Below are positions 1-8,418 of a DNA stretch of 64,000 nucleotides, one piece after another. The number at the start of each line of letters is the position of its first letter. Position 1 is the stretch's first letter. The position numbers and the translations under genes are program-made. Under the pieces are notes generated by a model. It was not told the origin of the DNA. It saw only the letters and a list, made by a program, of their open reading frames with translations, and ran no database searches. The DNA lies in assembly GCA_029775855.1 (NCBI GenBank), contig JARVJZ010000006.1:76353-140352 (forward strand), given 5' to 3'. Source of the stretch: Nitrososphaeria archaeon (GTDB lineage Archaea > Thermoproteota > Nitrososphaeria > Nitrososphaerales > JAAOZN01).

Positions 1-732
1 GCAAAGCTCTGTCAAGCCGTAGATGTCATAGAGATCCATATTATAAATTTGGCAGATACGCTTCCCCATCTCTGGAGTCCACATCTCTGAGCCTACAATC
101 CCCTTTCTAACCTTGGTGTCTTTAGCCAAGTCTACACCCATTTCAGCAGCGACTTCAGCTATTCTCAGCAAATAGGATACGATAGCTGCTATCATAGTTG
201 TTCCAAAATCGAGCATGTATTGAATCTGGCGTTTAGTGAAGCCTGCTGAGGCTGGCACAATCGTTGCACCAACCTTTCTCGCACCGTAAAAGAAGCCAAA
301 CCCTCCTGTAAACATGCCGAGAGTAGGTGTTATCTGGAACACATCATTCTTAGTCATACCAGACATAACTAAGCACCTAGCCATCATATCACCCCATTGA
401 TCTAAGTCTTGTAGGGTGTAGAGCCCTAAGGTAGGTGTGCCAGTCGTTCCAGACGACGCATGTATCTCAGCAACCTCATTAAGAGGAACCGCTGACAGCC
501 CGAATGGGTAATTACTCCTAAGGTCATCTTTGACCGTAAAAGGCAAACGCCTCAAATCATCCAGCGAATTTATATCATCCGGATGTATGTTAAGATCCTT
601 CAGCTTCTTTCTGTAGAAGGGGACTTTATCGTAAACCGTCCTTACAGTTTTTTTTAACCCTTTAAGTTGGATTGCTTCGAGTTCTCTCCTCGGCATCGTT
701 TCAAGAGCCTTCTGGAAGTATGCTTCTCCCAT
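1..732 (-). CDS. Phenylacetate-CoA ligase-like adenylate-forming enzyme (PaaK / coenzyme F390 synthetase family), N-terminal 244 aa; 3' end runs off the window
   Basis: Absent from the ORF track (no in-window stop). My reverse-strand translation from ATG at 732 gives MGEAYFQKALETMPRRELEAIQLKGLKKTVRTVYDKVPFYRKKLKDLNIHPDDI..LPFTVKDDLRSNYPFGL..HASSGTTGTPT. This is the PaaK-type N-terminus with the SSGTTG AMP-binding motif, in frame to position 1. Confidence 0.75.
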   Translation of the reverse strand, partial: MGEAYFQKALETMPRRELEAIQLKGLKKTVRTVYDKVPFYRKKLKDLNIHPDDINSLDDLRRLPFTVKDDLRSNYPFGLSAVPLNEVAEIHASSGTTGTPTLGLYTLQDLDQWGDMMARCLVMSGMTKNDVFQITPTLGMFTGGFGFFYGARKVGATIVPASAGFTKRQIQYMLDFGTTMIAAIVSYLLRIAEVAAEMGVDLAKDTKVRKGIVGSEMWTPEMGKRICQIYNMDLYDIYGLTELC

Positions 733-793
733 ACCGATTATCTGCCCTACAAATCCATAATAAAAATTTTTGCTAACCCTATTGAAAAAGCTT

Positions 794-1375
794 CTAACCT
801 CTTTTTAAGACCAAACTCAAATAAGCAATCTTAGCAGTTTCTTCAAGAAGATCAAGATTGTTATATGCATCCCAAAGATTTAACCCAACAACCAACACAC
901 CATGCGACTCCAATAAAGCACACTTCACAGCAGACCCCTTAAATACCTCTACACAGAGTCTTGTGAGCGCCTCTGAGCCCGGGTGCTCATATCTTATCAG
1001 CTTAACTTCACCGAGCAATTCTGAAGCTTGAACCGTTACAGAAGGGATAGCTCTGCCAACAGCCGCAAAAGCGGTAGCATATGGTGGATGAGCGTGGATG
1101 ACAGAGCCTACATCTAACCTAACCTTATACAGTGCTAAGTGAACAGGTGTCTCGGTCGAAGGTAAGCCGGAACCTTCAACTACTACACCATCTTGATTAA
1201 TAGTCAACACATCTTTATCACACAAATCTCTGAAGGATGAACCGCTTCTTGTTATAAGAAAACGCTCAGCACCTAACTTTACACTCAAATTACCTCCTGT
1301 CGCAGAAACCAAACCCCTCTGGTAGATTGATCTACAGACCTCTACGAGATCTCTTCGCACATCATCAGCCAACAT
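794..1375 (-). CDS. Class II aldolase/adducin-domain protein (fuculose-phosphate aldolase / methylthioribulose-phosphate dehydratase-like)
   Basis: Track ORF 794..1438. Motifs GGNLSVK and HAHPPYATAF are typical of class II aldolases. I place the start at Met22 (ATG 1375, MLADDVRRDL) because a start at 1438 leaves only 11 nt to the divergent gene at 1450. Confidence 0.7.
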   Translation of the reverse strand: MLADDVRRDLVEVCRSIYQRGLVSATGGNLSVKLGAERFLITRSGSSFRDLCDKDVLTINQDGVVVEGSGLPSTETPVHLALYKVRLDVGSVIHAHPPYATAFAAVGRAIPSVTVQASELLGEVKLIRYEHPGSEALTRLCVEVFKGSAVKCALLESHGVLVVGLNLWDAYNNLDLLEETAKIAYLSLVLKRG

Positions 1376-1449
1376 ACCACCCTCATCCACCAACATAAAC
1401 ACCCATACATATGTGGATTTATAAAAGCAAAACACCATACTAGATAAGG

Positions 1450-2823
1450 TTGCAAGCAGACCTACTCTTAAAAAACGGACTAGTATTCACACCAAAAGGC
1501 ATAATTGAAGCAGACATAGCAGTCAACGAAGAAAAGATAGTAAAAATAGCGAAGGAACCAAACACACCAAAAAGCGAAAAAACCATAGACTGCAGAGGAA
1601 AGATAATACTACCAGGCTTAATAGACCCACATGTCCACTTTCGCGACCCAGGAGAAACCGAAAAAGAAGACTTCTACACAGGTAGCTGCGCAGCAGCAGC
1701 AGGAGGCATAACACTTGTAGCAGATATGCCGAATAACCAGCCCCCAACATCCACAGTAAACGCTTTCAAGTCAAAGGTTGACGAAGCGCGCTCTAAGGCT
1801 GTAGTAGACTTCTGCCTCTACGCCGGCTGCGGCTCTAAAAACATAAGTGAGATGGTGGGTTTGGCTGGTGAAGGCGCTATAGCCTTCAAGACTTGGATGT
1901 ATCTGTCTTCTCCTTATTCTAGCCTCTTAAGCGTAAGAGATCAAGAAGAACTTATACAAATCTTCACAAACGCATCAAGACTGGATATGCCCATAGCAGT
2001 TCACGCAGAAGACGCAGAAATTATAGAGCAGGCAACAAAGCTCTTGAAAGCTTCCAGCAGAAAAGACCCTTTAGCGCACCACGAATCCAGACCAGCCTCA
2101 GCGGAATTAAAAGCTGTAAGACGATGCTTAGAAGCCGCAAAGAAGACAGGTGCAACACTATACCTTCTCCATCTAACCACTAAAGATGCGGTTGAAGAAG
2201 TCAAAGCAGCTAAAAGCCTAGGCATAAAAGTATTTGCGGAAACCTGCCCCCACTACCTACTCTTAACCGAAGATTATATCCTTCAGCTTGGCGCATACGC
2301 TAAGATCAACCCACCTCTTAGAGGAAAAGATGACCAAGAAGCCCTTTGGAGGGCTTTAGCAGAAGGGTTTATAGACTGTGTGGGTAGTGATCATGCGCCT
2401 CATCTTAAAAGCGAAAAAGAGCTTGGTCAATCGGATATATGGTGTGCACCCTCAGGAGCCCCCAACATAGAAGTCAGCCTACCTCTTATGCTTACAAAGG
2501 TAAACGATGGGGTAATGACGCTATCGAGACTCGTTGAACTGATGTCAACAAACATTGCAAAGGTATTCAACCTCTACCCTATGAGAGGCATCGTATGCGA
2601 GGGCGCTATAGGAAGCTTTACAATAATTGACCTTAAGGTTGAGTATAAGATTAGAGCGGACAAACTTTACACAAAAGCAAGGGAGTGTATGCTGTTTGAT
2701 GGCTGGAGGGTTAAAGGTAGAGCAACTCACACAATAATAAGAGGAGCGGTTGCTATGGAGGAAGGCGTTATAGCGGGTTCAAGAGGTTTAGGCAGATTTA
2801 CTCCACGCAGATTAAGCAGATGA
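1450..2823 (+). CDS. Cyclic amidohydrolase, dihydroorotase-like (dihydroorotase/allantoinase/dihydropyrimidinase family)
   Basis: TTG start. Ordered metal-ligand motifs GLIDPHVHFRDPG, AVHAED, LLHLTT, ETCPHYL and GSDHAPH. Substrate not assignable by eye. Confidence 0.7.
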   Translation: MQADLLLKNGLVFTPKGIIEADIAVNEEKIVKIAKEPNTPKSEKTIDCRGKIILPGLIDPHVHFRDPGETEKEDFYTGSCAAAAGGITLVADMPNNQPPTSTVNAFKSKVDEARSKAVVDFCLYAGCGSKNISEMVGLAGEGAIAFKTWMYLSSPYSSLLSVRDQEELIQIFTNASRLDMPIAVHAEDAEIIEQATKLLKASSRKDPLAHHESRPASAELKAVRRCLEAAKKTGATLYLLHLTTKDAVEEVKAAKSLGIKVFAETCPHYLLLTEDYILQLGAYAKINPPLRGKDDQEALWRALAEGFIDCVGSDHAPHLKSEKELGQSDIWCAPSGAPNIEVSLPLMLTKVNDGVMTLSRLVELMSTNIAKVFNLYPMRGIVCEGAIGSFTIIDLKVEYKIRADKLYTKARECMLFDGWRVKGRATHTIIRGAVAMEEGVIAGSRGLGRFTPRRLSR

Positions 2824-3141
2824 GATCTCATCTAGTAAGCTGACCAGATCAGATTCGTTTAAACCAACCCCACCTTTTGCTTCCCTCTTAGCTAATATAC
2901 GGCCATTCTTAAAGGCTATAACAGTAGGCACATAGCTGATGTTAAACCGCTCCCAAAAAGGATGCGAATCATCAGTAATATCAGCCTTAGCAAAGATATA
3001 CGCTTGGTTTACACTATGCTTCTCAAATATCGGAGCAAACCTCATACAGAACGGGCAGTAAGTCGCATAGAAGACCGTAACAATAGGCTTATCTCCTTTA
3101 ACCAACTCTTCCGAAAACACAGTCTTAATTTTCTCTAACAT
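2812..3141 (-). CDS. Thioredoxin-fold protein with CPFC redox motif
   Basis: Track ORF 2812..3162 (GTG start). An internal ATG at 3141 (MLEKIKTVFSEELV) gives the usual ~30 aa before FYATYCPFCMRF. Size and CxxC context fit the thioredoxin family. Confidence 0.7.
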   Translation of the reverse strand: MLEKIKTVFSEELVKGDKPIVTVFYATYCPFCMRFAPIFEKHSVNQAYIFAKADITDDSHPFWERFNISYVPTVIAFKNGRILAKREAKGGVGLNESDLVSLLDEISSA

Positions 3142-3245
3142 TACATTAAAATAAAGCAACACACCACCTATTAAGGTTTAACACCAAACTTAAGCTAATC
3201 AAGTAGAGAAGCCAAACCAAAGCAACACAAACGCTCAAACACAAA

Positions 3246-3256
3246 TTTTTATAATA
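3246..3256 (+). promoter_or_regulatory. Candidate TATA box for the rps12-rps7 transcript
   Basis: TTTTTATAATA ends 27 nt upstream of the rps12 ATG (3284). This spacing implies a very short or absent leader. Confidence 0.4.
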
Positions 3257-3283
3257 GGGCAACCTAAAGCCTCCACGACGCAC

Positions 3284-3718
3284 ATGAAGGCACCTACAGG
3301 AGAATACGCAGCAAGAAGCTTAAAAGAGAAAAGACAGAGGCTACGCTGGTCAGACAAATACTACAAAAGAAGAATGCTGATGCTAGATCAAAAAGCAGAC
3401 CCACTAGAAGGCGCACCCCAAGCCAGAGGCATCGTACTAGAAAAAGTAGGAATAGAATCAAAACAACCAAACTCAGCAATCAGAAAATGCGTAAGAATCC
3501 AACTAGTTAAAAACGGCAAACAGATCACAGCCTTCCTCCCAGGAGACGGCGCACTCAACTACGTCGACGAACACGACGAAGTTCACGTGCAAGGCATAGG
3601 AGGCTCCATGGGGCGCTCTATGGGAGATATACCTGGTGTGAGATGGATGGTCTTCAAAGTCAACGATGTTTCCCTTAAAGAACTCGTCTACGGAAGAAAG
3701 GAGAAGCCTAGAAGGTAG
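3284..3718 (+). CDS. rps12: 30S ribosomal protein S12 (uS12)
   Basis: 144 aa. [30 protein letters not shown] and the C-terminal KEKPRR are the conserved uS12 core. Followed by S7. Confidence 0.97.
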   Translation: MKAPTGEYAARSLKEKRQRLRWSDKYYKRRMLMLDQKADPLEGAPQARGIVLEKVGIESKQPNSAIRKCVRIQLVKNGKQITAFLPGDGALNYVDEHDEVHVQGIGGSMGRSMGDIPGVRWMVFKVNDVSLKELVYGRKEKPRR

Positions 3719-3733
3719 GTTTGGTGTAGATAA

Positions 3734-4366
3734 ATGGTCGAAGAAAAAGCAACCCTATCTATACAGCAAGAACTTCATAAAAATCTTAAACTCTTTAACA
3801 AATGGGACCTATCGGAAGTTGTAGTTTCAGATCCGGGGCTCAAGAGGGTTATATCCCTAAAGCCTCTGCTCGTGCCAACTTCTATGGGTAGGCATGAGCA
3901 TAAGAAGTTCGGTAAGGCTGAAGTTAACATAATAGAGAGGTTGGTCAACTCTATAATGCACTTTGGAAGAAAATACGCTAAGAACACTGGAAGGATGGGC
4001 GGTAAGAAGATGAAAGCAATAAACATAGTCAAGAGCGTACTCGACATAATACATTTGAAAACAGGCCAGAATCCAGTAGCAGTGGTTGTTAAAGCAATCG
4101 AAAACACCTCACCAAACGAAGACACAACAAGAATAGCTTACGGCGGCGTAGTATATCATGTCTCTGTAGATGTATCACCATTAAGGAGAGTAGACTTAGC
4201 GCTGAGATTCATATCAGAAGGAGCAAGAGAAGCCTGCTTTTCCTCACCTAAGAGCATAGAAGAAGCGCTTGCTGAAGAGATAATTTCAGCCGCAAATAAC
4301 GACCCTAACAGCTACGCTATAAAGAAGAAGAATGAGCAAGAACGCATAGCTATGGCTTCAAGGTAG
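3734..4366 (+). CDS. rps7: 30S ribosomal protein S7 (uS7)
   Basis: 210 aa. [10 protein letters not shown].., [23 protein letters not shown] and the C-terminal ERIAMASR are archaeal uS7 features. Lies 15 nt after rps12. Confidence 0.95.
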   Translation: MVEEKATLSIQQELHKNLKLFNKWDLSEVVVSDPGLKRVISLKPLLVPTSMGRHEHKKFGKAEVNIIERLVNSIMHFGRKYAKNTGRMGGKKMKAINIVKSVLDIIHLKTGQNPVAVVVKAIENTSPNEDTTRIAYGGVVYHVSVDVSPLRRVDLALRFISEGAREACFSSPKSIEEALAEEIISAANNDPNSYAIKKKNEQERIAMASR

Positions 4367-4378
4367 AGGAAGCAAACG

Positions 4379-5608
4379 CTAAACTAAATCTACAGACCTT
4401 ACTGTAAGACCACGCCGCATCACTAACTTTATCCTAGATTTATCCTGCAGCACCTTAATATCATCAAGAGGATTACCGTCAACAATAACGATATCAGCAT
4501 ATTTCCCCGCTTCAATCGTACCCACTTGGTCGCTTAATCCAACCGCTTCAGCAGCAACTAAGGTAGCAGCTCTAATTGCTTCCCAAGTTGTAAAGCCGCA
4601 ACGCTCAACCAGCAAAGCGAGCTCAAGCGCGTTTTCACCGTGCACATTAAAAGGCGTCCCAGCATCGCTTCCCGCCGCAATTTTAACACCAGCCTTGTGA
4701 GCCTTTTTCACACTTTCAACATGAGCGTCTACGACCTCCTCCGTCTTCTTTACAGACCACTCAGGTATACCTCCTTCGACCCCATGCTTCACTATCTGAT
4801 AAGCTGCGGTTAAGGTTGGGACAAGTATAGCACCACGCTCCTTCATCAAACTACAGCCCTCATCGTCTAGATAACACCCATGCTCAATCGTGTATACACC
4901 AGCGAGCAAGGCATTCTTAATACCTTGAGTGGCCATAGCGTGTGCTGCAACCCGCTTACCCCTGGCTTTAGCCTCTTCAACAGCAGCCCTTATCTCATCC
5001 ACAGTAAACTGTGTATCGGTCATTTTATCATAAGGTGAACCACCTCCACCACTAGCGCAAACTTTGATAAAGTCAGCTCCAGCCCTCAAGTTTTCTCTAG
5101 CAGCCTTTCTGACCTCATCAACACCATCACAAACACCTAAGTTAAAAATTCCGAAGTCCCCGTGTCCGCCGGTCTGCGAAAGCATCTTCCCACACGCTAA
5201 AATTGTAGGGCCTTGAAAGTATCCTTGCTCTATTGCCATCCTAAGCGATATGGCGAAAAAGTTGTGTTCACCACAGTCCCTAACTGTCGTGAAACCAGCT
5301 TGAAGCAAAGCTTGCGCATGTAAAAGAGACTTCAACGTTATAAGATCTGGTGGAGTTCTGATCAGAGTCTTCAACAGATCTGGTTCACCATTTGAACCGA
5401 GATGAAGATGGGCATCTATTAACCCAGGGATTGCTGTATATCGGGAAGCATCAACCTCCTTGGCACCGTCAGATATGCTCACCTCACTCTCCCGACCTAC
5501 ATCTTTAATCTTGTCGCCTTCAACCACTATCACAGCATTACGAATAGGGGCTGACTTACCATCTATCAGATAGCCAACGCGTATGACCTTAACACCACTC
5601 ATAACCAA
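4379..5608 (-). CDS. Metal-dependent amidohydrolase (imidazolonepropionase / Xaa-Pro dipeptidase-like subfamily)
   Basis: 409 aa. PGLIDAHLHLG (HxH metal site), later HA..., IEHG and GSDAG motifs of amidohydrolase family members. Confidence 0.7.
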   Translation of the reverse strand: MVMSGVKVIRVGYLIDGKSAPIRNAVIVVEGDKIKDVGRESEVSISDGAKEVDASRYTAIPGLIDAHLHLGSNGEPDLLKTLIRTPPDLITLKSLLHAQALLQAGFTTVRDCGEHNFFAISLRMAIEQGYFQGPTILACGKMLSQTGGHGDFGIFNLGVCDGVDEVRKAARENLRAGADFIKVCASGGGGSPYDKMTDTQFTVDEIRAAVEEAKARGKRVAAHAMATQGIKNALLAGVYTIEHGCYLDDEGCSLMKERGAILVPTLTAAYQIVKHGVEGGIPEWSVKKTEEVVDAHVESVKKAHKAGVKIAAGSDAGTPFNVHGENALELALLVERCGFTTWEAIRAATLVAAEAVGLSDQVGTIEAGKYADIVIVDGNPLDDIKVLQDKSRIKLVMRRGLTVRSVDLV

Positions 5609-5697
5609 TATGATAACAGAGCCAACTATATGAGCATTCAGACTTAACCCTTAAATAATCAAGTTTACTGCCAAATGGATGCAAAGGTGTAGCGTAA

Positions 5698-7011
5698 ATG
5701 CCTGAGAAGCCACATTTGAACCTCGTAATAACGGGTCACGTAGACCACGGTAAGTCAACCGCGATGGGCCACTTCCTATTTGACTTAGGTGTAGTAGATC
5801 AAAGGGTCATAGAAGAATATGCTAGAGAATCCGAGAAGACTGGCGCAGGAGACACATTCAAGTACGCTTGGGTACTCGACAGCCTAAAGGATGAACGCGA
5901 AAGAGGCGTAACAATAGACTTAGCCTTCCAAAAATTTGAGACAGAAAAATACTTCTTCACACTAATAGACGCACCGGGACACAGAGACTTCATAAAGAAC
6001 ATGATAACAGGAGCGAGTGAAGCAGATGCCTCAGTTCTAGTAATATCAGCGAAGAAAGGTGAATTTGAAGTAGGCACAGGTCCAGGTGGGCAGACCAGAG
6101 AGCACGCCTTCTTACTCCGCACACTCGGTGTAAACCAGATTATAGTCTTCTTCAGCAAATTCGATGACCCCTTGGTAAACTATAGTAAGGAAAGATACGA
6201 CGAGATCAAAGCGATAACAGAGAACCTACTTAGAAGTGTAGGCTATGATATCAAGAAGATTCCGTTTATACCCGGCTCAGGCTGGACTGGCGAAAACCTT
6301 GTGAGACGCTCTGATAAGATGCCTTGGTATACCGGTCCCACTTTATTTGAAGCTCTAGATCAACTTGCCGTTCCTGAGAAGCCTGTGGATAAGCCGCTGA
6401 GGATTCCGATTCAAGATGTCTACTCGATTACTGGTGTTGGTACAGTGCCGGTCGGTAGAGTTGAGACTGGGCGTATGAAGGTTGGTGATAAAGTTATCAT
6501 CATGCCCTCTGGCTTAATCGCTGAAGTTAAATCCATAGAAACTCATCACACACCTTTAAATGAGGCTGTAGCTGGAGACAACATAGGTTTCAACGTTAGG
6601 GGTGTGGATAAGCGTGATATCAAACGTGGTGATGTCGTTGGGAAGCCAGACAATCCACCTACAGTAGCCAAGGAGTTCGTAGCTCAGATTATAGTGGTTT
6701 ACCATCCAACAGCTATAGCCGCTGGATACACACCAGTACTTCACGCACATACGGCGCAAGTAGCTGCGACTATAAAGGAGATAATAGCTCGGATAGATCC
6801 TAGGACTGGTCAGCCTGTTGAAGAGAAGCCTAAATCTATTAAGACGGGTGACTCCGCTCTAGTTAGGATAGCTCCGCTCAGACCATTATGTATAGAGACG
6901 TTCAAGGAGTTTCCTGAGCTAGGTAGGTTCGCGCTCAGAGATATGGGCACTACTATAGCTGCTGGTGTAGTTAGGGAGATTACACAAAAGTATACTGGCC
7001 CAGAGAAGTAG
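5698..7011 (+). CDS. tuf: Translation elongation factor 1-alpha (aEF-1A)
   Basis: 437 aa. GHVDHGKST (G1), RGVTID (G2), DAPGHRDF (G3), and full domains II/III ending in the EF-1alpha-like tail. The G4 motif reads SKFD instead of NKxD (see findings). Confidence 0.96.
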   Translation: MPEKPHLNLVITGHVDHGKSTAMGHFLFDLGVVDQRVIEEYARESEKTGAGDTFKYAWVLDSLKDERERGVTIDLAFQKFETEKYFFTLIDAPGHRDFIKNMITGASEADASVLVISAKKGEFEVGTGPGGQTREHAFLLRTLGVNQIIVFFSKFDDPLVNYSKERYDEIKAITENLLRSVGYDIKKIPFIPGSGWTGENLVRRSDKMPWYTGPTLFEALDQLAVPEKPVDKPLRIPIQDVYSITGVGTVPVGRVETGRMKVGDKVIIMPSGLIAEVKSIETHHTPLNEAVAGDNIGFNVRGVDKRDIKRGDVVGKPDNPPTVAKEFVAQIIVVYHPTAIAAGYTPVLHAHTAQVAATIKEIIARIDPRTGQPVEEKPKSIKTGDSALVRIAPLRPLCIETFKEFPELGRFALRDMGTTIAAGVVREITQKYTGPEK

Positions 7012-7023
7012 GTTTAGAAGCGG

Positions 7024-8340
7024 TCAACAGTTTACCGTAGGAAGTGGTACTGTTAGTGAACCATGTGGTAGTAGAGTAGCTATTATTTTATCTACTTTAA
7101 ACGGCATATCATTTAGCGCTTCAGTGATGGAGCGGTAGCAAGTGTAGCCTGCTTCGCTTAGAGTTGATACTACTTCTCTAGGCGCTGAAGGGGATACAAC
7201 TTTTAGTGTAAACCTTTGCCGATCTATCGCCAGTCTATTTGGCCCTTGTGAAGTTTCTGTAAGAGAGCCTTCTTTAGCTCTTCTTTTAAGGTCTTCAAAG
7301 ACCTTCTCAGGAGACCAGCCGGCATACCTAGTTATTTCGTCTCTAAAACTTGGGTTTCCCACACCGTCAACTAGAGCAGCTACTAGAATCACTATGGGTT
7401 TGATGTCGCCTTGCTCGTCAATTATGTTAGATGCGTACCAAGCAGCCTTGAACGCTTGCATAAGGTTTCTACCTGTGGGCCAGTCAGCTACTGAGATAAC
7501 AAGTTTAGATGGCTTAGTTTTGACTACATAGAGTTTACTTGCATATTCTTCAACAAGGTGGCGGTGTGCTTCTAGTGGAGAGCCGTATGCCGCTGCTACT
7601 GGGCTATCGTCTGGGTTAAGCACAAAGTCTAGAATATGGTATCTATGCACCGTTTTTGATAGCAGTGCTGCGGCTTCCTCCATATCTTCTCTGAGAGGGT
7701 TCCCTTCTAGTATCAGCTCCTTTGCGTTTGGGTTGCCTATTGCTAGAGAGTGGTTTGCCACTATGGTCTTAAGGCTTGAGCATCCCGGCAGTATGGCTTT
7801 GGCTCCGCCGCTGTATCCTGCGAAAAAGTGTGGCTGCACATTTGAGGTTGTAATTATTGTGTCTCGATCTAGAAGCTCTTTATTCACTTCAACATCTACA
7901 CCTCTTGAAGTTTTACCGAGTAGGATGTATGTTGAGTTGATGCTTTGAGTTGAGGACGCGAAGATCGAGCCTTTATACCGCTCGTAAACATTTTCTCCTA
8001 ATACACGCTTATAGTATTCTTGTGTAGGAGGGGGGTGTGAGCCACCAGCACAAATTAGCTTAAGGTCAGATGCTCGTTTTTCTAGCCAGACAACCAAATC
8101 TGCTAAGAATGGTGAGGGGTGCCTAGTGTAATCGCCGAAGACAACAGCGACTCTGCCCACCTTCTCTAGTAAAGGGGCGCCTATAGGTTTTGTTAAAGCG
8201 TTTGTGAGCAGAGTTTTTGAGCTGACTGTATTTAGGCGGTTGGGCTCTACAATATTAAGGTTGGGGAGGCTTTGCTTTGGTATTTTTATCTTTAGGTCTA
8301 CGCCTAAAGAGAGTTCAATTTCTTCAAGTTCTTGCTTCAT
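7024..8340 (-). CDS. LarA-like protein (nickel-pincer-cofactor-dependent 2-hydroxyacid racemase family, DUF2088)
   Basis: 438 aa. CAGGSHPPP, QPHFFAGYSGGAKAILPG and ANHS align by eye with the LarA His/Lys/His cofactor-binding positions. Confidence 0.6.
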   Translation of the reverse strand: MKQELEEIELSLGVDLKIKIPKQSLPNLNIVEPNRLNTVSSKTLLTNALTKPIGAPLLEKVGRVAVVFGDYTRHPSPFLADLVVWLEKRASDLKLICAGGSHPPPTQEYYKRVLGENVYERYKGSIFASSTQSINSTYILLGKTSRGVDVEVNKELLDRDTIITTSNVQPHFFAGYSGGAKAILPGCSSLKTIVANHSLAIGNPNAKELILEGNPLREDMEEAAALLSKTVHRYHILDFVLNPDDSPVAAAYGSPLEAHRHLVEEYASKLYVVKTKPSKLVISVADWPTGRNLMQAFKAAWYASNIIDEQGDIKPIVILVAALVDGVGNPSFRDEITRYAGWSPEKVFEDLKRRAKEGSLTETSQGPNRLAIDRQRFTLKVVSPSAPREVVSTLSEAGYTCYRSITEALNDMPFKVDKIIATLLPHGSLTVPLPTVNC

Positions 8341-8382
8341 TTAATCCTCTTTATGTTGACCACTATATTAAACTTGACATCT

Positions 8383-8411
8383 AAAAAAAAGGGGGAAGGG
8401 CTTAAACCCTT
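8383..8411 (-). terminator. Hairpin plus T8 tract downstream of the XDH-family gene
   Basis: On the minus strand, the stop at 8419 is followed by AAGGG-TTTAAG-CCCTT (8411..8396), CCCCC, then TTTTTTTT (8390..8383). Oligo-T tracts are the known archaeal termination signal. Confidence 0.45.
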
Positions 8412-8418
8412 ATCCAAG

